Below, piece after piece: positions 35,901-46,700 of a stretch of DNA of 64,000 nt. The stretch is taken from contig JAAPAO010000137.1 in NCBI GenBank assembly GCA_013115145.1, positions 1 through 64,000 of the forward strand. Direction: 5' to 3'. Each line of letters starts with the position of its first letter. Positions within the stretch are counted from its first letter, which is position 1. The notes beneath the pieces are model-generated. The model worked only from the letters and a program-made list of their open reading frames with translations. It had not been told where the DNA came from and searched no databases. This DNA comes from Perkinsus chesapeaki ATCC PRA-425. Taxonomy: Eukaryota > Protista > Perkinsozoa. The translations under genes and the position numbers were made by a program.

Positions 35901-36732
35901 AGATAATTTATACTATTTCTCAAGCGTGCTTCCTTTTTCCTGATATACCTTGTATTCTGTTTAGTGCTCCATATAATAACTGAACCATCTCCCCCAGAAG
36001 AGGCGTATTGAAGGTAACCTAAAACGTATATTCTAACCAGCAAGATCGCACTCGAAAGATTCATGTCTATAAAACTTGAACGGCTACTCTTCATAATGAC
36101 TTATCCTCCACACCTCGCTCCCACAGTTGTACAGCCCAAATCAAAGAAATAGCAGACGCCCAATCAAGCATGCACCTAGCCCTACCACGGATGCTCCTCG
36201 AGGCCAAAAAGCTGTTTCTAATGGGGAGATATTTCGTAAAATAGAGCAACCATAATCGGCTAATGGTGGTTCAACTTTTAACGGGTTTCATACATATACC
36301 GTAGAAATTTTTGCCTTGTTGATATTTTAATTGTTTCTCTTCCGATTTAGATGACCAGTATGTTCCTCGTACAAATGAGAGTACAACTAAAGTATCCCTC
36401 CTTTTTAAGAAAAGAAGGAATATTCAAGCATAACATTCACCGTTCTCGTTTGCTCCACTGTGAAGAGTCGCCGAGTGTTGTCATGATCCTCCATCACCAT
36501 GTGATAACATCTCATCTGCACTCAGAGAGAGCCGTCCCCGATACGAAGATTTCAATATACATTAAAATTAAACACTCCCAACAGACCCTCTACAAGACAT
36601 GGCACGTGATGCCAAGATCACCAGCCTACCGTTGCAGCTGGGTATCGGTATGGCCCTCGTTACAGGTCCTTTATGACCCTTGAAAACCCTACCGATCGAA
36701 AGGCCAGGATTAACGGGGAGACTAGTAGACAT
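32981..36732 (-). CDS. POC1: POC1-like centriolar protein (WD40 repeats plus C-terminal Poc1 coiled-coil motif), multi-exon
   Basis: N-terminal GRVFKGHKGPVT; YASSGGDGSVIIW; GHNDRVTAV..VASAGIDKT; SCSDDKTVKLW; SLVGHSNWVLTCAFSSD..SGGEDRTVRVWD; IRLWDLREGR; C-terminal MEAVGDQFLVVQRTLELIEKRLQLIEDKV resembles the Poc1 motif. Confidence 0.78.
33747..33790 (-). other. 44-nt POC1 intron resembling a tRNA 3' half followed by T5
   Basis: gtggagaggcccgggttcgaaccagggtggagccgtttttatag; removing it joins ..SADGQ|VYIWDIE, the end of a WD repeat. Confidence 0.55.
35290..35363 (+). tRNA. trnV-CAC: tRNA-Val(CAC), antisense inside 119-nt POC1 intron 35255-35373
   Basis: GCTGGAA/TTCCAGT acceptor, ATCGC-CT-CAC-AC-GCGAT anticodon arm, CCGAG-TTCGATT-CTCGG T-arm. 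Confidence 0.93.
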
Positions 36733-37683
36733 GAAAGCTGTTGTAGTGGTATAGGATATCAATTGAACAACAACAACACTACACAGATGTGAGATAATAC
36801 TACCAAACTTCCTTCAAACCATACAAGCAATAACCCGGTGAAAGAGGGCCTTCACTCAGGAAGAAGGTATCTTAACTTGAACCATGATACTTCAGAAATT
36901 GAATTCATGCTCGAAAATCGAAGGTGACAGTGATGCGCCATGAAAAGGCCTCAACTTGCTGGCAGAGTCCCTCGACAGTATCGAGCTACGTCTTCGTCAA
37001 TGCTTATTATTGAAGGGAAAAAGCAATGTAGGTCAGATTTACTCGATAAAAGAACAACTCGTGACGTCGAGTACGAGCATCCTGACTATCACTAGCTGCT
37101 GCAAAGCACCTATTCAGTTGCATCACTGTTAAGTATATAGAACCATACACTAATATATACGACTGGTACCAGCAGAAGCAGCAAAGTACAAGTTAGTAGT
37201 TGAATAACCTTTTGGGGAATGAGCTCTGGTATAGGGAGACTGGCAGTACCATAAGATAGATCTTAAATCAGCCTTTGAAGGAATAGGAACTTGCCAGACC
37301 TCTTCGATACACCTACTATCGACGCAGGTGTTAACCAGTCCTACTTTTCACTGGTACATACTGAAACGAACATCTTAATAATTGATATAAACAGCAACCA
37401 TCCCTAACGTTGCCATGTTACTCATTGCGCTCGAGGAGACATACATTAGGCTACTGTCGGCCTAGAACAACTCCAAGAGCTTGTTGAAGAGCCCCTGCCC
37501 AACGTTCAGATGATTTACAACCACCTCTACTACTGGATGGTATATAATCGCTATATCACAGCGACCATAATGACCCCCCATCACAACCCATATTTATATT
37601 TAACAACACATACAACTCAAGTCTCAATATCGGCCAGTAGCCTACCGTCAAGCCGTTTGTCTACACCGCCTTCACAATTGTAT

Positions 37684-38219
37684 TTAATCAACCTGAGCCA
37701 TAGCGACGTCCTTATCGGTATAAGGCTTCTTTCCAGAGTCCTTAGAGCGGTTCTTGCGCTCAAGGAGGGCCTTGCGATCCTTGTCCATCTTCAGCTTAGT
37801 GATGACAACCTTGGAAGGGTGGACACCGACATTGGCGTGGGAGCCGTTGACCTACAACAGAAAATATCTCAATCGATTACAAAGATATTTTTGAGGTTGT
37901 TACCTTGTCGCGGGTAAGACGCTCGATGTGGATAACGAACTTCTTACGGTAGCAAGCGGTGACCTTGCCCTCGCGATCGCTGTAGTGACCACGGACAACC
38001 ATGACCTCGTCATCCTTGCGGATAGGAACGGACCTGAAATGAAGCAACAATGGCTAGAGGTGCCAGAAAAATGTCGGTAAACTACCTGACGTTGTACTTG
38101 GCTCTGAGCTCCTTGGAGAGAGGGGCGGACATGATGATCCTCCTCTGGTCCGAAGGGGCGGTGAAGTGGGCCTTACGGCTCTTACGACGAGAAGATGACA
38201 CCGCGGGCGAGAACTTCAT
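37684..38219 (-). CDS. RPL26: 60S ribosomal protein L26 (uL24), 2 introns
   Basis: [88 protein letters not shown]. Confidence 0.96.
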
Positions 38220-38277
38220 GGTAAACAACTACGGCTACTAGGGGATATTAAAATGCTACCCAAACTTCACCTATTAT

Positions 38278-38306
38278 GTATCTTGCACGCTCAACCTCTA
38301 AGATAC
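38278..38306 (+). repeat. Dispersed hairpin motif, ~60 bp upstream of the RPL26 start codon (opposite strand)
   Basis: GTATCTTGCACGCTCAACCTCTAAGATAC with a 7-bp terminal inverted repeat. Confidence 0.75.
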
Positions 38307-38911
38307 CTCAAACCCATAATATAACACTGCCAATAGCCTCTCATAGTCTCCATATAAGCCGCGACGACCTCACCAAAATGCACCGGCCGAAAATGGCAAG
38401 GTGAGAGCGCACCACAGGCAAGCTGGGGCAATATCGATCACGTGATCGATTTCTCTGCGCACCGTCGACGGGCCCGTCTGCGGTGCCCCATGATGAGAAA
38501 AAGGAGAGATTTAGATATAGATAAGGCCTTAATGTGCCGCATAGGCCTTGAATGATGACACTTTGATCAGCCGTAGTTAACATTCAACTTAGAAATGTCT
38601 ATATCTAAACATTGATCTTACTTGGAGCTTCGAGTAGCCCAGAAGTAAGTATCCCATGATAATATATTGTCATGTAGAACTGTTATACAATAATAAATAG
38701 TATGTATTATAACACCTCATAAGAGTAGCTATTCCTTACCAACCTAACCATATCCTCGTAGTCGTTCGATCATCATTTAACGTCATGGAAGTCCTGTTTA
38801 CTACTCCAGTGGGTCTCTGTGAGGTATGCATGTGAAAGCGCTGAGGGATTCTGAGTTGAGTTCAAGTGTCATTGTAAGGGGGTTACTATCGCCGGCAAGC
38901 TGACCTATTTC

Positions 38912-38939
38912 GTATCTTGCACGCTCAACCTCAAGATAC
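38912..38939 (+). repeat. Dispersed hairpin motif, immediately upstream of the METTL2/6-like start codon
   Basis: GTATCTTGCACGCTCAACCTCAAGATAC with an 8-bp terminal inverted repeat; ends 12 nt before the ATG. Confidence 0.75.
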
Positions 38940-38951
38940 CCCTGTTCCTCA

Positions 38952-39848
38952 ATGTCCTCCCTACCCCCTCTCCCCACCGTTAAACCCTATAATCCCACCA
39001 ATGATGACCTCTTCGAGGCCGATCAGCTTATCTCCTCCGCCGCTGAAGTTCCCCAATTTTGGGCACAGAAATACGAAAAAGATGCCGTCAAAAATTGGGA
39101 CCTATTTTACAAGCGTAACAAAGCTAACTTCTTCAAGGACAGACACTACCTCGTCACAGAGTTCGGAGAGGTGGCCAGAAGCGACGCCTTCATCGACTCT
39201 GAGGATGCCGGCCATCTAGTAGAGATTGGCTGCGGTGTTGGTAACGCAATCGTTCCCCTTGCAGAGGCATGCCCGAAGCTTACGGTCCTGGCAACAGACT
39301 GCAGTAGTGTTGCGATCGACTTGCTCGATGAGAGGCTCAGGAGTGAGGATCCTAAGGTGGCCGAGAGAGTATCTACGAGAGTCGTTGATGCGACCAGCTC
39401 GAGTTTTCCGCCTGAGGACATGGAGGGCACTGCCAACTTTGTGTTGCTGTTGTTTTGTATGAGCGCCATCTCCGAGGCACATTATGGTAGGGTTATTGAA
39501 GGATGCAAAAGGATACTGAAGCCAGGCGGAATTGTTCTATTTAGAGACTATGGAAAATACGATTTGGCACAGCTGCGGTTTTCTAAGGACAAGGGCCGTG
39601 CGGCAACGGCGTCGAGATTGCCGGGCGAGGAGGACTTCTATGTGCGTCAGGACGGCACCCGGGCAAAGTTCTTCACGGAAGAGTCTCTTGCGGATATGTG
39701 GGAAAGTTCAGGAGGGTTTGAGAGGGTGGAGCTGATCACTCATCGACGGTGCGTGATTAATAGGAAACAAGGCAAGGAAATGAAGCGGGTGTGGATACAG
39801 GCAAAGTGGAAGAAGCCAGAAGAGGAGGAAGATATTACTGTAATTTAG
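38952..39848 (+). CDS. METTL6: tRNA N3-methylcytidine methyltransferase, METTL2/METTL6/Trm140 family; intronless
   Basis: KNWDLFYKRNKANFFKDRHYL..EF; EIGCGVGN; LLFCMSAI; LKPGGIVLFRDYGKYDLAQLRF; YVRQDGTRAKFF. Confidence 0.9.
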   Translation: MSSLPPLPTVKPYNPTNDDLFEADQLISSAAEVPQFWAQKYEKDAVKNWDLFYKRNKANFFKDRHYLVTEFGEVARSDAFIDSEDAGHLVEIGCGVGNAIVPLAEACPKLTVLATDCSSVAIDLLDERLRSEDPKVAERVSTRVVDATSSSFPPEDMEGTANFVLLLFCMSAISEAHYGRVIEGCKRILKPGGIVLFRDYGKYDLAQLRFSKDKGRAATASRLPGEEDFYVRQDGTRAKFFTEESLADMWESSGGFERVELITHRRCVINRKQGKEMKRVWIQAKWKKPEEEEDITVI

Positions 39849-40768
39849 TTTCTGAAGGCCTTTGGAGGGAGTTATGTCAATAGGGGGAGGAGATACGTTA
39901 TAGGCGTATGTTACTGGTGTCTTGGTGGGGTTTGGGAGGCAATGTTTCCACTCTGCGATGCGGTAGGTCCTCGTAGGGCTTTGGGCTCTAGGTAGTATTA
40001 ATCTAGACGATATATTTCCGTTTAGGATCAATTACAAATAATGATTCCCGTCAAACTTTTCCTGTGTTGTGTCTCCTCGGCAGGGAGGTCCTTCAAGATT
40101 GTTCACTGTTTTGTAAGAGTGTGTGTGATAATTTTATTAAGTTACGTACCACCTATCGTCTCCCAGGCTTGGTGAAGTGCATGTCAGACCATATAAGATA
40201 TATTATTATTACTACCTTAATAATATATTTATTAAAAACAGTATAATATTATCATACTGTGCTTTCACGCCCTTCTTGTATATTGGATACTCTATGCTTA
40301 CAGTAAGCAACAAGAAGGATGATGATGGTGATGATGATGACATATCGGCAAGAGGACGACGTAGACGTGCCGAGTTGCAGTGTTGAACTAGTCTAATGGA
40401 AGGTTAACATTTATGTGGGAAAATCCCAGTAAAATTTCCAAGGGTCCATTTTCATATAGGAAGTAATGGTGAACACTGAATGAATGCAGTGTATGTTGTT
40501 GAAAGATATCTTCCCATTGTAGAACTCATTGGCGCTAGATGAACGTTCGTCTATCACCACTGCTCATTTCTACGATCGTTTCGATGCTGGTTCATATTAT
40601 CTCATGACAAGCGCGTGGATATCGCATGCCCCCAGAGAGAGCGCATTCCCGGAAGATGCTGTAGTTTTGAGAAAACGGTGCCGAATATTTAACATTTATT
40701 GCTGAATGTGTGCTTGCTGAATACGTCTTCTTAATCATCATCGCTCCACTGTTAGTTCATATTATATC

Positions 40769-43700
40769 ATGACAACCTCAACCTCGAGGAGATTGACACC
40801 AGCAAAGAGAGCATCATCGGTCAGGGAGGAGGAGATAAGATGGTCGCCTGGGAAAAGGAAGAAGCTTGATACTGCAAAGCCTACCTCGACTCTGGGAACT
40901 GAGCGGGAGGCTCAGGTGTACCTTAAAAGCAGTCAGACGTGTCGAACAGCTACAACGTTGAGCTCGACGCCGAGGGTGGTGAGGCGAGCGGCGACTTCGA
41001 GAGCGAGGACGAGGAGTAATGGTAGTCAGGCGGATGAGGAGACGGTGGAGAGGAATGAAAGGGAATTGATGGGCAATTTCAGGCCGTGTGCCACGCAGGC
41101 CATGGACGCGTTTGATAGGGAGGAAGAATTAGAGCTGCTGGAGGCGGCGGAGCTGATAGAAGCGGGGGAGAGCGGTCTGAGTACGGACTGGAGCTGCTGC
41201 ACGCATGCGCAGGAGAATCTTATGGGAATTGGTAATGATGCGAGGTCACCACCGATGTCGCCGGAGAGAGCAGCGGTGAAACCGTCGGGGAGAAAGTTGA
41301 TACCGGGCACGCAAGTTGATGATGATTGGAGTGATATCGATTTTGATGATTTAGATGCGGCTTGTACACAGGTAGGGAATCTTAGGTTGAAGCGGGTAGA
41401 TTCTTGAGAGGTTGATTGATTTCGATGTGTTGGTTATATAGGACTGAATCAGTACTACTGATACATCTTACAGACTTTCTGTCACCAGTTTAGATTTCTC
41501 GTTCGCCCACTATCTATAGATTATTGATAAAGAAAAAATGAAGTATGTCATAGAACCTGTACCTGTCTGTCTGTCTGCCTCAACGTCATCGCCGTCTCTC
41601 TTGCTCCCCAACGATGACGCTTTGCTCTATATCTTGAGGGCCTCTGTCCGCTGCAATACGCTGATGGACGTTCCTCCTCGGATTCAACAATCACGTCGTC
41701 TAGGGATGACGCTATTATCGTATCGGCTTGTCGGTTGTGTCTATGCGATAGTCCTTAGTTGAATAGGTTGAATGCGCGGTGGCTGCACTGAAGCCATCTC
41801 CGCCTGAGGGTGATGACGATGACGAGTTCGGGTCGTTAGCATCGGAGGACCTGCTGGCTGCTATGGATGAGATTGAGGCGGCGGCAAATAAGGCAGCTGG
41901 TGGGGAGAAGGAGGAGGGCGTTGCTGGAAGGCTCATCGATACTGAAGCGTCATAGGGATCTTCCACAATCTTCATCAGAATTTTTTTGCCTCACCAACGA
42001 ACATAGAGGGCGAAAGGCCACCCTCCTCACCGGCAGATATTCGGGACTTTCGAGGAAGTGCCCCAAAATTGCCTTTGTTATTTGGGCTCTGAAGGATGTA
42101 GTTGTACTATAGCATGTACAGTAGGTGGCGATGACGTTGGTGATAGCAACTGCAGAAAAATACGGGAAAAGATTCCGCCGCCGGGAATTGAACCCGGGTC
42201 TCCTGCGTGACAGGCAGGAATACTCACCACTATACTACAGCGGAACTGATCTCAAAAGGTGTCAAAAAGCATCCCTACCTCAAACTTAGGTTTCTACAAC
42301 GAGCCGCCATCGGGTAAGTGGTCTAAGTATGTTGAGAGCCGAATAAGCGGAGAAAAGGCAGAAGTGGACGCCGTGGCTAAAGAGGTAATCCACTGGAGTG
42401 CCGGGCACTGACCAGAAGGGGAAATAAAGATTAAGTGTAGATATTATTATAAATATTTATATTCGGACCGATATTGATTTACCATATACATTGGGAGCAA
42501 TCATTAGTACCCTAGGAAAAGGTCCTTGTGAGGCTAGACGGGCTTCTGCGTCAGATTAAAATATTCCAAGTCGACGAGTCCATTTCCTCGCCTTGGTCAG
42601 GTTCGTCTTACTCTCGAAGATGGTAGAGTTGTGGTCTTGAAGGGGCCTTGGTATTGGTTTTGGCAAGACAACTGCGATAAGCTGGTCCATCCTGGCGACC
42701 CAGTGAATCTCGTTTTCGCGGAAGCGAAGGACTTCGATGCCCCTGTGGTATATTGCGGTGACACTGGAAATCTGTTGGTGTTTCATCCATCAATTTTGCT
42801 CTCCGGCACAACAGTGTCGAACACTCTACCGTGCCAGAGGAAAACGCTCCTCCAGCATCTTCTGAGCGATGTGGGGCGAGGCGATCAAAGTAACGTTTAC
42901 GCGAGCGTCGGTAACGGTGTACATTCCCTACTGCAAAATGCGCTAATGTTTGGTAGTAGAGTCGATGAAAAGTTCACGCGCCACATAATTGATAGCTATC
43001 GACTGGACGCCTGGTTCAGCGGGTTCAGCGATACGAGCGTGCTGGAGCGACACATGAGGGAGAGAATTCCGCAAATCGATCAGTGGCTCGCCGATGTGAT
43101 GCCGATGAAGTTCTCGAGGATGCTGGCAGCCGAACAAAATGTTAACTCCTACAAGTTTGGGCTGAAGGGCAAGATCGACGCTGTGATGGAAATGAACAAA
43201 CCGGGCCGACCACTGGCCTGTTTGGAAATAAAAACTGGGAAACCTTGGCACACCCACGTTGGTCAAGTAACTCTGTATCATCTCCTAATGGTTGACTTAT
43301 ACGGCGAGGAGGCCGTTAGAGATGGTCTATTGGAGATAGGATACTTCAGCGGGAATCGACCGCAGAGAGGAGGAGGACAGCAGAGCGGAGGGGGGCAGGC
43401 GAGAGCGGAGGTTAATGAGGTAATGACTCTCGGGTTAATGAAGAGCATTCGGATGAGTGAGTGAGATCTTATTACTTGTAACCATTAATACCAGCATGAG
43501 GGAGGCTAGCAGGGAGGACTTGTGTTTATCACAGCGGTGATATCTATGGTTACTTACTTTGTTTGATTGTTACTTCGAGCACGACGGGTAAACTGGCAGA
43601 GAGGCCCTCTGCGAGTGATGGAGTGATTTCATTATTTAGTGAATTATCCATCTGAATTAGTACTGGAAGCTACGGTCCTTTATGACACTCAGTCGTTTGC

Positions 43701-46700
43701 TACTGCTACATATCTTTGGGCCAGTCTGACGATTGGGCCCCTGACGGAAATGATGGCTCGCCACTCGTCATCATTGTGTTATAGGTGCAAGCATTCCCTA
43801 ATGAGATTGATAACCTTATCTGCGTCCGTAATGCCTTAGCCCTGCACATAGCACGGAAAGGTCTACCTCCTACAATAGGAGCTAAAAGGGAGTGCCAAAG
43901 GTGGGGGAGGAGGAGGAGGAGGGAAAATTAAGTGAAATAGCTTTAGTTGCTGAGGTGCACCTTGACGGGATTGTCGCCAGTGGGATCCTACAGGGCGCCC
44001 CAGGAGCTCTCAAGAGCTTTCAAACGCCCCGCGTGTCGCAGAAATATTCGCCCTCCTGAAAAACGCACATTTTTCTGGGACGCCCTGCAGATCCCATATA
44101 GTGGTGAGAGTTCCAGCGTTAGTTCTATGGAAAAATTTTGGTTTGCGTTGTTAAGTGACCGCGGATGATTTCCGTGACCTAAAGGTGATAGGAGGCACAT
44201 ATTGCGACTTGGTAGATCGGTGGTGATTATACGGTTTCATTATCCTGGTGTCTCTGGGGTATCTTTCCCTCGATTGAAATGCACGCTCAACCTCTCAGAT
44301 GCCAACTCGCTCCTCATTGTGTTGCAGCCCATAGTATCCTAGAAAAAAAGTAAGATTATTTCGTGGCGCGCGGTCATGCTCTTTTCAGAAGTGTGAATGA
44401 CTTTGGATGTGAACCACCTATTACTATTGATGATGTTCCTCCTCGACTTGGTGAATACATTCGGAAGTGGTGGAGATGGCTCAGGCGGGAAGAGAGAGCT
44501 GGTAAATTCTTGGTCGCAGAAATTTCACGTTTTTGTAAAAACGTTACACTGAGTTGAAAACGTTTACAGTTTTTCTATCAGAAGTTACATTCTCCTTTAG
44601 GTGAACGAGCCCCCATTATCGTTCTCGAGCATGCACGAGTAAGCGACATATCTGTGGTTGAAGGTAAGCAGCTATGGACAATCGAAGGAGATCCTAGCGG
44701 AGCACAGGAGATTGCCGTTGGTGATGAGCTACATGTAGGTCATCACTCGTACATTTTTATCCCACATGTGCCTGGCTCGGGCCAAGTTTGTGACGCACCT
44801 TACTTCTCGAGTGCCTTTACTTTTGTATTAAGGCAATACACTATCGTGGATTAGCAAATTCGTTTAAAGCGAATTAATTTCTAAATACTTTTTCAAAAAA
44901 TTTTGGAAATTTTTTCGGTGTTGTATTTCTTATGTCGATGTCCTGGACCTTCCGTCTGGGGATATCTTCGAACCTTATGCAGCTGCTCAGTCTCGTGAAC
45001 TAGAAGGAGCTTCATCAAATGGAAGAATCAATTTTCGTAAATTTCCATTTTGGAAATTTTTCCACTGATTTTTTGTAAATAATATTTCGGGTATGGAGGT
45101 TGCAATATTTGCCATCAACAGTAGTATCATTTTGTGATCAGAGCATAATCGATCACATGATCGATTTCAGGTATCTTATCAACAATACGGACCTCGTAAC
45201 ATAGCCATGGGAGATGTAACCGAGATATCCGCCTTCGGCTCGCGTACCAAAGTTTTTCTATCAATGCGAGATGACGGCACACCAGAAGTCACTCCGGGCA
45301 CACTCGACGTCGAAGATTTTCAGCAAACCGTCACTGCGCCGAATAAAAGCGTTTACATGACCGCCACCAGACTGTTCAAACTTTCGAAAGTTGATTGGGG
45401 CGGAGTCGGTCAGACGAAGCGAAATCGATCGCTCCTATTGGAGCTCGGCCATGCCACCAGTGGATGGGCCTTCATTTTATCCGGCGCGATGAAACCGAAG
45501 CTGCCGAGGCTCCGGCCATGTGTTGCCGTACCGGTCCCTTATGAAATTCGGGCGGCATTCGGTACACTGAATGACGGCCAGAAGAGCGCCGTGTGTGGTG
45601 CTTTGGAGATGGCCCGAGGGGACATTGGCGATCGATGGATACTGCCGGTGTGTGGCTATCCTGGCACTGGCAAGTCCAGTATGTTGGGAGTGTTACTTCT
45701 GGGGTTGATGTATGGTACCAGTTGTCGAGTGCTTTTGGTTAGTCATACTCATACAGCTGTTGATAATTTATTATTGAAGACGAAGAAGTTGGCAGAAGAA
45801 GGAGCTTTAAAGGATTTCGAGTAAGCTGCCGCCTGGCGAAGTTGTCATCGACTACAACTTATGATGAATTATCATTTCGTAGCCCTTAATTGTTGTTGGG
45901 TGGTGGTCGTTTTCAACGCCTTCGAGCCGTCATGCGCTCATGGCCCGCCTAATGTCGTTTTATATTCTCCGAATATAACGTTTAGCATTCTCGTAAATGA
46001 TTGGCTTTGGTATAAATCACTTGTTGGTGATCACTATGTAAAACGATGAGGTGCTTTATGGAGTAACTTGTCCTTTCTAAACCTTCCGGGGCACTAAGAA
46101 CAACCGGAGTTCTTCTAGTTGCCCATTTTTCACTTTGCAATCGCCCGCGGACGTTGGCGAGATACGTCCTGGGCAAATGAGCGAACTCTCGGCTACTGAG
46201 TTTCGGCAAAAATGTTTTTGGCAGTTTCGGCATTGAATGAAACAATTCGGCAGTTCTTCATTTGTTTATTTCCTGTATATTTCCATCTAAAACGGTTATT
46301 GTAGAGTCACTAGTTATATAGATCTACTTCAACTCCATATCGAATGATATCCAATTTGCTTTACGTTTGCTCTTGGTCAGTTTCGTGCGAGTCGGCCGGT
46401 CGTCCTCGTCTACGGTACGGCCAGAGTTAGCTAATCATTATCCACCTGATGAGTGGCCTTCAGTTGATAGTATATCTGATTTTATGTGTACGAGGGTAAG
46501 AGTGACGACCTAATTTGCATCTTGCGCCCTTAACCTAAAGATTCTTAGGGTGGGCGGCTTGTAGCATGTACAGCGTTATCATGCCACAATCCATTACTGT
46601 GGCCACCGAAGCCACCGAATGAGGAAGATATTTCAACACAGCCTCCAGGAAGGCCCTCCAGCCAGCCGAAAGTATCCTTCTTTGGCTTGTTTATAGTTAA

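Noticed and set aside
36780-37500. Small minus-strand gene between RPL26 and POC1, and another at 38340-38860
   Set aside because: AG/GT-bounded open segments exist, but I could not assemble a convincing in-frame model or recognise a family
37510-37917. 135-aa plus-strand ORF
   Set aside because: Antisense shadow of the RPL26 last exon and 3' UTR
39146-39482. Antisense ORFs opposite the METTL2/6-like gene
   Set aside because: Shadow frames of a well-supported conserved gene
32673-39848. Functional link between tRNA-Arg(CCT), a METTL2-type substrate in animals, and the nearby methyltransferase
   Set aside because: 6 kb apart with unrelated genes between; proximity is explicable by chance
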